Source: Antedon mediterranea
Taxonomy: Eukaryota; Animalia; Echinodermata
Assembly: GCF_964355755.1 (NCBI RefSeq)
Contig: NC_092679.1
Location: forward strand, 9,702,201 to 9,766,200
Length of the DNA: 64,000 nt
Direction: 5' to 3'
The position numbers and the translations under genes are program-made. Below are positions 1 through 12,072 of the stretch, in pieces. A model generated the notes under the pieces. It was not told where the DNA came from. It was given only the letters and a program-made list of their open reading frames with translations, and made no database searches. The number at the start of each line of letters is the position of its first letter. Positions within the stretch are counted from its first letter, which is position 1.

Positions 1-792
1 GCTCTTTGATGTTTTTGTCTGAAATGTTTTATCGAAATGCTCAAAATGGTCTAAAACGGTTTCTAATGTGATTTCAAGCACTTTGATGTTTTTGTGTAAC
101 CAAGTTTTTCGAAAAACACAAAATTGTCTAAAACGTCTCTAAATGCGATTTGAAGCTATTCTGTACACTTTGATGTTTTTATGTTAACAAGTTTTTCGAA
201 AATCACAAAATGGTCTAAAACGTCTCCAAATGCGATTTTAAGCTATTCTAAGCACTTTGGTGTTTTTATGTTAACAAGTTTTTTTGAAAATCACAAAATG
301 GTCTAAAACGTCTCTAAATGCGATTTGAAGCTTTTCTGTACACTTTGATGTTTTTATGTTAACAACTTTTTTCGAAAATCACAAAATGGTCTAAAATGTC
401 TCCAAATGCGATTTGAAGCTATTCTAAGCACTTTGGTGTTTTTATGGAAACAATTTTTTTCGAAAATCACAAAATGGTCTAAAACGTCTCCAAATGCGAT
501 TTGAAGCTATTCTGTACACTTTGATGTTTTTATGTTAACAAATTTTTTCAAAAATCACAAAATGGTCTAAAACGTCTACAAATGCGATTTGAAGCTATTC
601 TGTACACTTTGATGTTTTTATGTTAACAAGTTTTTTCGAAAATCACAAAATGGTCTAAAACGTCTACAAATGCGATTTGAAGCTATTCTAAGCACTTTTG
701 TGTTTTTATGTTAACAAATTTTTTCGAAACTCACAAAATGGTCTAAAACGTCTCCAAATGCGATTTGAAGCTATTTTAAGCACTTTGGTGTT
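1..792. repeat. 88-bp satellite array, block 1
   Basis: Tandem monomers close to CACTTTGGTGTTTTTATGTTAACAAGTTTTTTCGAAAATCACAAAATGGTCTAAAACGTCTCCAAATGCGATTTGAAGCTATTCTAAG (87-89 bp). Confidence 0.97.
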
Positions 793-1057
793 TGTAATAA
801 AGCGACACTTTATTAATAACTCGTACACGAAGGCTTAATTTTTATGCAGGGTTTATTCCTTCAATAACGTATGATACTACAATACATATCCTGGAAACAC
901 TGATAATAAATTGTAAGGCCTCGCACATAACACCGCCTTCGACCACAATGTCCCTTTCAATGCCGTTTTACGTGATTGGCATTATACTGTAGTGTACAAG
1001 CATAATTTGCATATAAGTGTACAAATACCACAACAATAGAGGGCGCACACTTTAACA
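793..1057 (-). repeat. Bel/Pao 3' LTR
   Basis: TGTAATAAAG...CACTTTAACA; matches 14347-14611 with no difference found by eye. Confidence 0.96.
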
Positions 1058-1070
1058 TGGCTCCCTTGCA
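1058..1070 (-). promoter_or_regulatory. Polypurine tract of the Bel element
   Basis: Minus strand reads GCAAGGGAGCCA immediately before the 3' LTR. Confidence 0.7.
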
Positions 1071-1324
1071 AACGATACTAGAGATCTTTGCAAAACATAA
1101 AATATAATAACACATTACAAACATTAAACAGCACGATCAAGTTATAAAGGCTCCACTGACGGGGATTTGAAACAATAATGAAATTACTTATGATTAAGAC
1201 TTAAGGTCTATTCAATCAAAGATTATCATCAGTATAGGCGAATCGCCAAAATCCATATTATTCGCAATACATTTTATAAAAGAGCATGGCTAACCATGAT
1301 TCTAGTATTATCAAGTTCATAAGT

Positions 1325-4300
1325 TCAATCAACTGGCACCAACTGCACTAGTTTGTGCACAGGTCTTTCCAGCACGGATTGTCGTCGTCCAACGAAGACT
1401 GAAACCTTTCTTACGAGCCCGTCGTCGCTTGGATGCAGTGCAATAACCTTGGCTAATTCCCAGATGTTACGTGGAACGTTGTCTCCCTTCAAAAGCACTA
1501 CGTCGCCAACTTTTAAGTTTCTCTTTGGTGACGTCCACTTTGACCGTGACTGCATTGACGATAAGTATTCTTTTCGCCATCTACACCAAAACTCGTTGGA
1601 TAAGTGTTGCACTCGTCTCCATCGCCGTCTACAGTACATATCAGCATTCTGAAAGATACCTGGTGGAGGAACTACAACTTTATGTTTTAAGGTTAGAATG
1701 TGATTAGGTGTTAGCGGTTCCATTGAATTTGGGTCATTTAAGTTGTTAACAGTAAGGGGCCTGGAATTTACAATGTTCATGACTTCGGAAAGCAACGTAC
1801 GAAAACATTCATCATCCAACTGGTTACCATGTATGTTGAGTAGAGGAGCCAAAGCATTTCTCACAGTACGAATTTGGCGTTCCCAAATTCCTCCCATATG
1901 GCTGGCGGACGGGAAGTTAAATTTGAAATGGATATCACAACCTTGGCCCACAAGATATTTCTTGACCTCGTCTTCATTTACGTTTTGCCATTCATTTCTG
2001 GTACCGACAAGATTGGTTCCCCTATCCGAATGTAGTTGTCTGACTGGTCCACGAACACTAACGAACCGTCTTAATGCGTTAATGAACGAATTTGTTTCCA
2101 ACGTATTTGCCGACTCTAAATGTATAGCCTTCGATGATAAACAAACGAAAAGTACTCCGTACCTTTTTACGAGGCTTCTTCTTTCTTTTATGTTAAAAGG
2201 TCCAAATAAATCTACTCCACTGTAGGTAAACGGTGCAGCATCTGAAATCCTCTCAATTGGTAGGTCTGCCATCTTCTGGTTCGATAATTTACCCCTTAAC
2301 TTGCGGCAGATTACACAACGATGAACCAATTCGCCAACTGTAGATAGACCGTGGATTATCCAATAGCCTCGTTGTCGGACTTCATTTAAGGTTGAAACTT
2401 TCCCGGCATGGTTCATCTGCTCATGAAAATGTGAGATAATAAGATTAGTTAAATGACACCTTTTCGGTAAGATCAAGGGATGCTTAACATCAAATGCAAA
2501 CTTGGAACGTTTTACTCTTCCCCCAACTCTTATAAGTTGGTTTTCATCTAAAAACGGATCTAGTCCATATAGAAAACTTGATCCTTTCAGCTGAACATCT
2601 GATTTACGATCCTCTAAACTATTCGTGTTTAACAGCTTACTTAGTAATACTTTCTCATCGTAGAAGTGTTGATCTTGAACATGTTTCAATATTAACTTCT
2701 CACTTACTTGAATGTCATCTACGCAAGGTATGGTACAGTCAGAAGAAATCAATTTAAACATGCTACCCTCTTTTATATTAACTTTAGCAGCGTCCATCAG
2801 TCGTTTCTTCCACATCAGACATCTAGCGATTACCCTGCGCAACCTGGTCCATGATGAGAAATTATTGCATAAATTAATAAACCATTTCTGAAACAAATCT
2901 AAAGATATGCAAGTAGAAAATACACAAGTAGTCTTCCGCATCTCGTCTGAAATGTCAACATCAGCAGTTTCCACACAAGATTCAGCAGTCGGTAATGGCT
3001 CATTAGTATGCAAGAAGGGCGGTCCATTTAACCATGTAGAGTTCGTCAGCTGAACAATACTCACTCCCCTTGTACCAGAGTCACTTGGATTAGATGCGGA
3101 TGGAACGTAATGCCAATCACTGGTACTGGAGTGGTCATGAATTTGTTGTATGCGGTTAGATACAAATACCTTGAACTTTCTTGCTTCATTTCGGATATAC
3201 CCCAGAACAACTTTGCTGTCACACCAATAATAATGTGTAGCATCGTAAGCCAGTTCTCTCGTTATCAATCCACTCATACGTGCTGATAAGGCTGCGGCAA
3301 CAAGTTCCAACCTTGGAATGGTAGTGGTTTTGGTTTTTGGTACAATCCTGGATTTACCTAAAAGAAAAGATACGGACACTTGTCCTAGAGTGTTAATTAG
3401 TCTGATGTAAGATGATTGAGCATAAGCAAATTCACTTGCGTCTGAGAAAAAATGCATTTCTGCCTTGCTCACGGAACCAAAATCAACCGGTTTAAAACAT
3501 CGTTTGACCTTAATGTTCTCGATTCCTGATATTATATTATTTCGCCATTTGGCCCACTTATGATACATCTCGTCTGAAAGTGGATCGTCCCAATCAAGCT
3601 GAGACATACACAACTCTCGTAGAATCAGTTTTCCAACAATCAATACAGGTGCCAGGAAACCAAACGGATCGTATACTGCACTTAAAGTAGAGAGAATCCC
3701 ACGGCGAGTGACAGGATTATCTTTAAATTCCATTCGAAACTCGAACGTATCCGTGTCCACGCACCAAACAACACCAAGAGCACGTTCAATAGGTAACTGG
3801 TCGTGTAAAGAAAACTCCTTCCAGTCGGTTGCTCTCAAATCTGTGGGAATTGAATTTAACACTTGTCTATTGTTAGTTACCCATTTATGCAATGTTAAAC
3901 CTGCCTTAGCACACATCTTAGTAGAAGAGTCGATCAATTGAATTGCATCAGCTTCCGATGGAAGAGATTTCAAACCGTCGTCGACGTAAAAGTCGTTACG
4001 TATGAAGTCAGCAACTGGTTTACCGTATTGAGATTCACCATCATCAGCAGCCTTTCGTAGGCCGAAGTTAGCGACTGCAGGCGAACTCACTGCGCCAAAC
4101 AGATGTACAGTCATCCTATGTTCGACTATTTCTTCAGAACCGTCCTTCCACCATAGAAATCGAAGAAAGTTACGATCAGGCTCTGAAACGAAAAACTGGT
4201 GAAACATTCCTTTCACATCGGCTTGAATAGCAATTGGTTCCTTTCTGAAACGAGTTAAGACTCCAAATAAATTGTTAATCATATCGGGTCCCTGTAATAA

Positions 4301-5375
4301 ACGTTTATTTAATGATGTTCCAGCATACTCGGCTGAACAATCGAATACCACACGAAGTTTTTTCTTTTTCGGGTGATATACACCATGATGGGGAACGTAA
4401 TTAATTTCACCATTACGCATGTCCAGTTCGTTTACAGGAACTTTCTCTGAACAGTTCTCAAGAACATCTACCATAAAGTTCATGTAGTCATTCTTAAAGG
4501 TTGAATTATGATTTAGTTTGTGTTTAAGCTGTTTTAGACGCTTTAAAGCCATGTTACGATTATTCGGCATACCTTTTCTTATCTTAAAGGGCAGAGGCAT
4601 TTCGTAGTGATCATCTGTACGCTTAACTACATTTGATTCCATGATATCCATGAATTTACGATCATCGGCTGACATTGCAGATTGACCAGGCTTATCGTCA
4701 TTAAAATCTAGTTCATACATTATCAAAATCATCTCTTTGGCATTAGTTTGACTAACCAAACGATTCTTCGGTGATACAATCGAGTCTTTTTCCGAAGCAA
4801 CCATGTGATTAGACACCGACACTTCCGGAACCCTTTGGCACATGGTGCCCACGACACCCCATCCAAGAGCTGATAGTTGTCCGTATGGTTCATCTTCTCC
4901 ACCAGCTATTATGTCTCTAGGTCTAATGGCATTTGGAACATTGTTTCCTATTAACATTGCTATCGGCACATTCTGCATATAAGGAACAATAACAGATGAA
5001 ATGCGGTTCAAGTGAGTCCACTTACTTGCAACAGCTGGAGTAGGAATTTGAGACCTGGTGGCTGGAATTTGATCTCTAGAAAAAACTGTAGGAATTGGTA
5101 TCACAGTCTTTCGGTCAAAGCTAACAACTTCCATGTGGCTAAACTTGCGACATGACACGGATGATTTGCTATGCATAGTTGACAGAAGTAGATTGGTTTT
5201 ATTCCCCTCCAACTTTAGTTTCTCAGCAATGCTATCTGAAATAAAACAAGTATTAGACCAAAATACAATAGATTAGAATTTCATTCTGTGGACATCGAGA
5301 ACTTCGAAGCCAAACAGGCACTATCATAGAAGTATTTGATGATTTACTTGTAACGGAGGTGCACAAAGACGTATT
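1325..5375 (-). pseudogene. pol: Bel/Pao pol part (protease remnant, RT, RNase H, integrase, DUF5641-type tail)
   Basis: ORF 1325-5212 has YVPHHGV..KKLRVVFDCSA, YVDD, FSDAS, TIPRLEL, HHCC zinc finger, DLFGPF, SDRGTN, GIWER and W..EYL. The frame continues upstream past a frameshift at ~5257. Confidence 0.93.
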
Positions 5376-5829
5376 AACAGTGCGTTTATCTCCAACAGAT
5401 TATCCTTTTTTGCATCTACAGTATACCCCATCAAAGTTTCATTTAACTTTTTTTTTTCCTATGTGGGTTCATTCAATTATTTTTTTTTTACTTATTACTT
5501 ATTCTATTATTTTTTTATACATACATTATCATTTAACAACATTTGTGTTTAATGATCCATTAAAAAAATTAGACATTCTTTTTTTTCTTTTTAACCATTT
5601 TATCATTTCAAAATTCCACATGCAGTAAGAATGTGCAAATTACATATATACGGTATATACCTATAATATGAAAGCTTTGATGAAAACACTTCCCCACTTA
5701 AACCTAAACCTTCTTATCCTTCATCATTTTTTTTTATCATCAATCTATAAAAAGCTTTTCACATTTTGTCTTTTTGTTTTCAAATCATCAAGGTATACAT
5801 GTTTACAAAACATACAGTATAGTAGCAAG

Positions 5830-5866
<37 letters not shown>

Positions 5867-5948
5867 ATAATAGATTCATCATTCATGGTATCTCATTTAC
5901 ATATTTTCTTCCTTAATCTGGTTGAGCATATACAGTATACCTGCAGAT

Positions 5949-8900
5949 TTACATATTTCTTATCTTTTTTTCAGATTTAAACATTTGTAGGAGATTGATT
6001 TTTTTTTCTTTTTCCAATAAACTTAATATCTTTACTTTATAAATACAAAATGCTCCTAAAGTGTATAATTTATTTACGTAATTATTGTCAGTTTCAAATA
6101 AAAGTCTTTTGAAAGAAAAAACAGGAATATGTATGCTTACTGCTCTAATTATTTCGTTTATCTCTCTCCATAAACATTTTACTGTTATGCACTCTACTAA
6201 CATATGTTTATCATTCTCAATAACATTGCATGTGTCACAACATGGGGAATTTACAAGTCTCCACCTATGTAATCTTTCATTTGTTGGCAATATTCTGTGC
6301 AACAATTTAAAATTAAAATGTGCCAGTTTTTTTTCTTTAAGACCAGAAACTTTTTTAACCCATATTTTTGTCCATGGCATATTACCAAATATGGATTCCC
6401 ACTTAACCTGTGCCGTAGGTGTAATATATTGAGCATCTATTATGAATCTATATAATTGTCTAGACGTCATATTTAAGACCTTATTGTTTGTAATAGGTAT
6501 ATCATTTACATTAATGTCATGTGTTGATTTTAAAATACATTTCCATTCTTTTGGAATAGCTTTCAATATACATGAATATTCACTGATCCAATTTTGTGTA
6601 CATCTTAACCTTCTTTTTATCTCTATCGCAGGCTTAAACACATTATTATTTATTACATCATATATTTTTAAAAACCCTGAACTAATCCAGTTACAGTTAT
6701 ATAACGGCTTCTTTTTAATACATATAAACTCATTACCCCATAATGATTGATTAATAATGTCATCATAGCTTATTGGTTCCTTATTTAATCTATTATTACA
6801 AGCATTAGCTACTGCTATAGACTTAATAACTGAGAGGTAAAATGGTGGTACGGATATATTACACGGAACTTTTGATAAATTTGAGGTTAATGATTTTGGG
6901 CCTATCTTTTCTATATAAAATGTAGGTAAATATTTCCATTTGGCATCATCGTTTTCATACAGTCTCCTGTACCATTTAACTTGGAAAGATATTACCTGAG
7001 ATCTGAATTCTACCATTTTTAGACCACCTTGACTGTAATTGGCACACATGGTTTTTCTTTTTATTTTCTCTTTCTTAGTTTCCCAAATGAATTAAAAAAT
7101 TAATTTATCCACCTCTTTTATTACTTTTTCTGGTACTAGCAAAATGCAGGAATTGTATATAATTTTTGAGAGCGCTAATGTTTTTACAATAGTAATTCTT
7201 CCAAAAAAAGTGAGGTGTCTTTTCTCCCATGTTTTTAGGGTATTTTCTAATGCGTCTATTTTTTCTTTCCAGTTCTTTTGATAACAATATTCCTTATCAT
7301 GTCCAACATAGATACCTAATATCCGAATTGGTGTGGATGTCCAAGAAATGTTACCATGTGTGTCCTTGCAGTCTCTTAAACTGCCAAGCCAAAAAGCATT
7401 TGTTTTATTCTTATTTAATTTTAATCTAGAAACCTCTCCAAACTTTTCAATAATACTTATGCTGTTATCTATACTATTTATATCCTTTAGAAAAAGCACA
7501 GTGTCATCTGCTAGCTGTGCAATCTTAATATCTTTAAATATACCATTGCCTGCAGGAACAATCAGGCCTTTGACCATATCACATGCTCTTATTTTTGTAG
7601 CTAGGACTTCAGCTACTAAAATAAACAATAGAGCAGACAAGGGACATCCTTGTCTAATACCTTGGTGCATTGCAAAACTTTCTGATTGCCAACCATTATT
7701 TGTGAATATACAATTTGTATTGTTATACAGTGCTTTTACCCAGTTCACAAATGAAATACCAAAATTGAATTTATTTAAGGCTTCTATTAAAAATGATCTA
7801 TTGACACTGTCAAATGCTTTTTGGAAATCTAAACTTATAAGTATACCTTCAAGCTGTTCATTTTCCATGTAAGTAATTATGTCCTCTATTAGTCTTATAT
7901 TGTCACCACCAAAGCGACCTTTTACATACCCTTTTTGGTCATTGTTTATTATATACTTTGCAACTCGATGTAATCTTGTTGTAAGAACAAAAGAAGCTAT
8001 TTTGTAGTCAATATTGAGTAAAGTGATAGGGCGCCAGTTATTTAAATCTTTGTGATCACCTTTTTTGTAAATAAGGTTGATTATTCCCCTTCTTTGTGAC
8101 ACAGACATTTCTTGTGTGGCAAAACCATAATTTAGTGCATCACAAACAAGGTCACAGATAAGGTACCAGAAGAGTTGATAAAACTCAACTGTTAAACCGT
8201 CACTGCCTGGAGCTTTATTTTTTTTCATTTTCTTTATTGCTTGCTCACATTCGAAGAGAGAGAGATGACCCTCACACATCTCTTGTTCTGCCTCTGTGAG
8301 TTTAGTTAAATTAACATGAGATAGGTACTTATCAATTGATTTGTAAGGAACATCTTGTTTTGCATATATTTTTTGAAGAAATTAACCTCTTCCTTCAATA
8401 TCTCTGTGGAATTTGATATAATGGATCCGTCCTGTTTTTTTAATTTTTTAATATGTTTTTTATTACTATTATTTTTCTCTAAACCAAGAAAGTATTTAGT
8501 GTTTCGTTCGCCATCTTCTATCCACTTTACTCTTGACCTAATTTGAGCGCCTTTAGCTTCCAATAGGTAAATTTGCTCAAGTTCATTCTTTTTTTGATCT
8601 AATTCTGTTTCATACTGGATATTATTATCAGTATTATCCTTTTTCATAATTGAATCATTAATGATAGCAATTTCCTGTTGAAGTATTTCTTTTCTTTTGC
8701 ATTTATTTTTATTTTTCATTTTCCCATATTTTATGGAGAATTCCTTTATTTTTACTTTAATCTTTTCCCATTTATCCTTTGGGTTAAGTTCTTCTAATCT
8801 AGCTCTTTCTATTATGTTTTTGATGTTGTTTATATAATCTTCATTATCTAAGTGAGAATTGTTCATTTTCCATAATCCTGGGCCTCTTTCTTCATTAGTT

Positions 8901-9628
8901 AAACTTATTTTTAAGGATATGGCTTGGTGATCAGACATGATTGACGGCCTGATATCACATGTGTTAACATATTCACATAAGTCGTTAGATATAAAAAAAT
9001 AGTCCAACCTTCTGTACGTTTGGGTGGATTTCCTTCGCCATGTGAATTGACATGTATCCGGGTTATTTTTTCTCCAGATGTCATTAAGATTCAGATTTTT
9101 CATAAAATGTGTTATTGTAAAAACAGAATTATCTACTCTATCGACACTACCTTTTTGGTCAAATTTTCTGTCTAGAGCACAATTCATGTCCCCACCTATA
9201 ATTATTTTATCATTTTTGCTTTCTTTGAAGTCAATAATTGTTTTATGTAAAGTCCTGAAGTAAGAACATCGATCTTTTACATAATTTGGGGCATATGAAT
9301 TAACAAGAATGAAATAGTTGTCATCTATTTCAACTCTTAGAAGTAAAAATCTACCATTAATATCTTTGTATTGTTTTGTTACCCTGTGTTGAATTTTACT
9401 AGCAATAAATGTGGATGTTCCTCTACTGTGTGATGAGCCAAAGCAGTGGTAGGAATCACCTTGCCATATATCATTCAGTGACTGGGTTTTATCATTTGTC
9501 AAATGTGATTCTTGAATGAAGATGATATCTGCTTTGTTGTCTTTGACCCATTTAAAAATACTAATTTGTTTTTGTTTTTCTCTAAATCCTCTAACATTTA
9601 ATGATAAAAGGTGTATGTTTGGTGTCAT
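5949..9628 (-). pseudogene. L1/Tx1 ORF2 (APE endonuclease, RT, zf-RVT) with one frameshift and one in-frame stop
   Basis: EN motifs LSLNVRG, FIQESH, GGDMN, RLDYF, SDH. RT motifs NWRPITLLNIDYK, DFQKAFD, QGCPLS, LADD. C-terminal CDTC..H..C. 1-bp loss in an A-run at ~8369-8374; in-frame TAA at 7092-7094. Confidence 0.95.
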
Positions 9629-9748
9629 ATGATTATTAAATATAAAAACATTTTATAAACTTTATAATTTATCTTAAATAAAAAAACTAAATTGTAATAA
9701 TAAACATTTGAAGTCATATTGCACAGTATGATACAGTAGTTCTGCAAC

Positions 9749-10983
9749 TTACTTCCTTGTAACCCTTTTCCTTAGGTTGATTTTTTTTTTGGTTTTCTGT
9801 GGTGGATTTTCTGGTGATGTTTCCTTTAAATCTTTTTCAGTTCTACTTTCATCAGTGGTAGCCCCTTTCCTTTCATTGTTACTTTTTGAGTTTTGAGTGG
9901 AAGAAACAAAAAAATCTGTTACCTTCTTCTGTTCTTTGCTTTCACTTGCTTCACTAACGGTCTTTTCCTCACTGTCCAAAATTATTATATCTTTATCTTT
10001 TACATGTTCTTGTTCTTCATCAGATTCACTTCCGCTGCTGTCATCTGCAGTATCTTGTGAGCTGAACACTTCATCAATATCTACTTCTGTGTCTGAATTT
10101 GGGTTTGCATTATCATGTGATTTATCTTTATCTGTTATCTTTAAGTCTTTATCTGTTATTTGTTTTGGTATTGGAGTGTGCACAAATGATTCCCACATAC
10201 GGTTAATATATGCCCCTGTTGATCCCATTGAGTTGGCTGATATTTGCTGTTGGCCTATTTCATTGTTGCAAGTGCTCATAGTATGACCTTCTTGGTGACA
10301 TTTAAAGCATACTCTATTAGCCTTACATTGATAAGCTTCGTGTCCATTTTTCAAGCATTTGTTACATTTGATCTCTTGTCCTTCGTGAAACACACGAGCT
10401 TTGAAACCATTTAGAACGATTTGCCTAGGTATGGGGGATGACATTTTTTCAACAAAGACAGCCCTATCACCATTAAGCCAACTTGTCAGTTGTCCGTTGA
10501 CTCTGATATTTTGCCTCATTATATCACTTACTGGTTTGCAACCCAATGCTTTTAACCGGTTTGCTATCTCGGAGTCCGCTACAGACAACGGAATATCTTT
10601 AATGAGGATTCTCGTACTGTCCGTTTTGTTATATGCAAGATATGGATTAATGTCGAACACTGTGACATTACAATTTCTTATGTTAATACCGTTCGTTATT
10701 AGTTGCACTCTGTCTTTCCTATCATTGACATAGATTCTCCAGAGATTCCGGATTTTCTGAACACCTACGATGTGATCGGCGGGTATAATTTTTGTTAATG
10801 TAATGCATAGATCTTCATCTCTAAAGAACGATTTATCGGTTGGAATTTGGTCTGCTTTTAAAACACCGGCTTCACACCTCCTTGTTGTTGCGTTGTTTGC
10901 ATACCGGCTTTGTTTACTCGGTTGCTCGTAGCCCCCGCTGACTCTGTAGAAGCGGCGGGAGATTTCGGTTGATATGTAGCCAT
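9749..10983 (-). pseudogene. L1/Tx1 ORF1 (RNA-binding protein with two CCHC knuckles)
   Basis: Knuckles CNKCLKNGHEAYQC and CFKCHQEGHTMSTC, acidic/basic tail. ATG at 10983 joins the 319-aa ORF through a 1-bp frameshift at ~10861 (VKPVF|LKADQ...LWRIYV). Confidence 0.88.
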
Positions 10984-11189
10984 TAAGCTACGTTGGATTT
11001 TACACGTTAAACTTGAGTATATTATCGTAATATACCAAACGACAAACTTCTTTTTGTTCAGAATCCTTATGTAAATCAGGATTACTTACTTAATTCTCGT
11101 TTTACAGTGAAATATGGTGTAAAAATAACTATTTTACTCAGAGCTTAGTTTGGCCTGTCACCTTGGTTTCCTGACCAGAGCGCCCTCTT

Positions 11190-12072
11190 ATCTTATTGTA
11201 AACATTTAAAGATAAAAAAAATCAATGTTAAAGGATGAGGAAAATATAATGTTAACAGTAAAAAGTTAGTAAGTAATTAGTATAACAGAGAATATGCATT
11301 GTTTAAATGAAAATATGTTTGCATAGATAAATCCAAAGAAAAATAAAATGGGACAAACCCATGGGATGGATTTATTAAACATAAACGTATTATAATTGTA
11401 TGAAATAAATATGCATGTAGATGAAAAAAAAAAAACAAAAACAACTATGTAAGAAAAAATAAGCTTTGTTAATGAAAATGTGTTATAGATAATATGTATA
11501 AAAAGAGGAAACTATGTAATCAATGTGGTTAAATGATAATGTATGTATAAACAAAATAATATATGGAAATAGTTTTTTTTTTTTAAAGAAAATAAGTAAA
11601 AAAAAAAAAAGTGGAATGAATCCACATAAGAGAAGAAAGTAAAAAAGTTAAATGAAAATTTAAGAAGTTATAGATGCAAAAAAGGATCTGCTGGTTTTGT
11701 AAACATTAAAGAACAAAAATATTAATATTAATGTTAAAGGATGAGAACAATATTATGTTAACAGTAAACATGTAGTAAGTAATGAGTATAACAGAGAATA
11801 TGCATTGTTAAATGAAAATGTGGTAGATGAAAAAATCAAAAACAACTATGTAAGAAAAAAAATAAGCTTGTTAATGAAAATGTGTTACAGATAATATGTT
11901 TAATCAATGTGATAATATGTAAACAAATGAATAAATAAGTATATGTATACAGATGATTAAACAAACATTGTAAATATAATGATATGTATAGTGTATAGTG
12001 AAAAATATATGTAAAGAGAACAGTGGTTTGGAAATAAAAGTGGGATGAACCCACATAAGATAAAAAAAAAAA
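11190..12072 (+). other. Non-inverted 3' UTR end and poly(A) of the L1/Tx1
   Basis: AT-rich with an internal ~500-bp duplication (TTGTAAACATT at ~11196 and ~11697). Homologous to the reverse complement of 5391-5560. Ends ...CCCACATAAGAT(A)n followed by the TSD. Confidence 0.85.

Larger units (their letters stand above)
5391..12072 (+). mobile_element. L1/Tx1-clade non-LTR retrotransposon with inverted 5' portion
   Basis: 15-bp TSD AACAGTGCGTTTATC at 5376-5390 and 12073-12087. Poly(A) on + at 12062-12072 after AATAAA and a GTGGG-ATGAA-CCCAC hairpin. ORF1 and ORF2 lie on the minus strand within 5949-10983. Confidence 0.92.

Noticed and set aside
5345-5355. 11-bp match (CGTTACAAGTA, minus) between Bel coding sequence and the TIR left end
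   Set aside because: Short, lies in codons of an unrelated element, likely chance
5830-5865. A36 run as the poly(A) tail of a separate retrocopy; poly-Lys ORFs at 5668 and 5774
   Set aside because: It is a T tract on the L1 sense strand within the 3'UTR, with no TSD found; the ORFs are artefacts of the run
11836-12072. Hydrophobic C-terminus of the 401-aa gag ORF as an env-like or membrane domain
   Set aside because: Read-through into the antisense L1 3'UTR beyond the TSD
5391-12072. Two independent head-to-head L1 insertions
   Set aside because: Only one TSD pair and one terminal poly(A), and the two UTR pieces are contiguous in RNA sense
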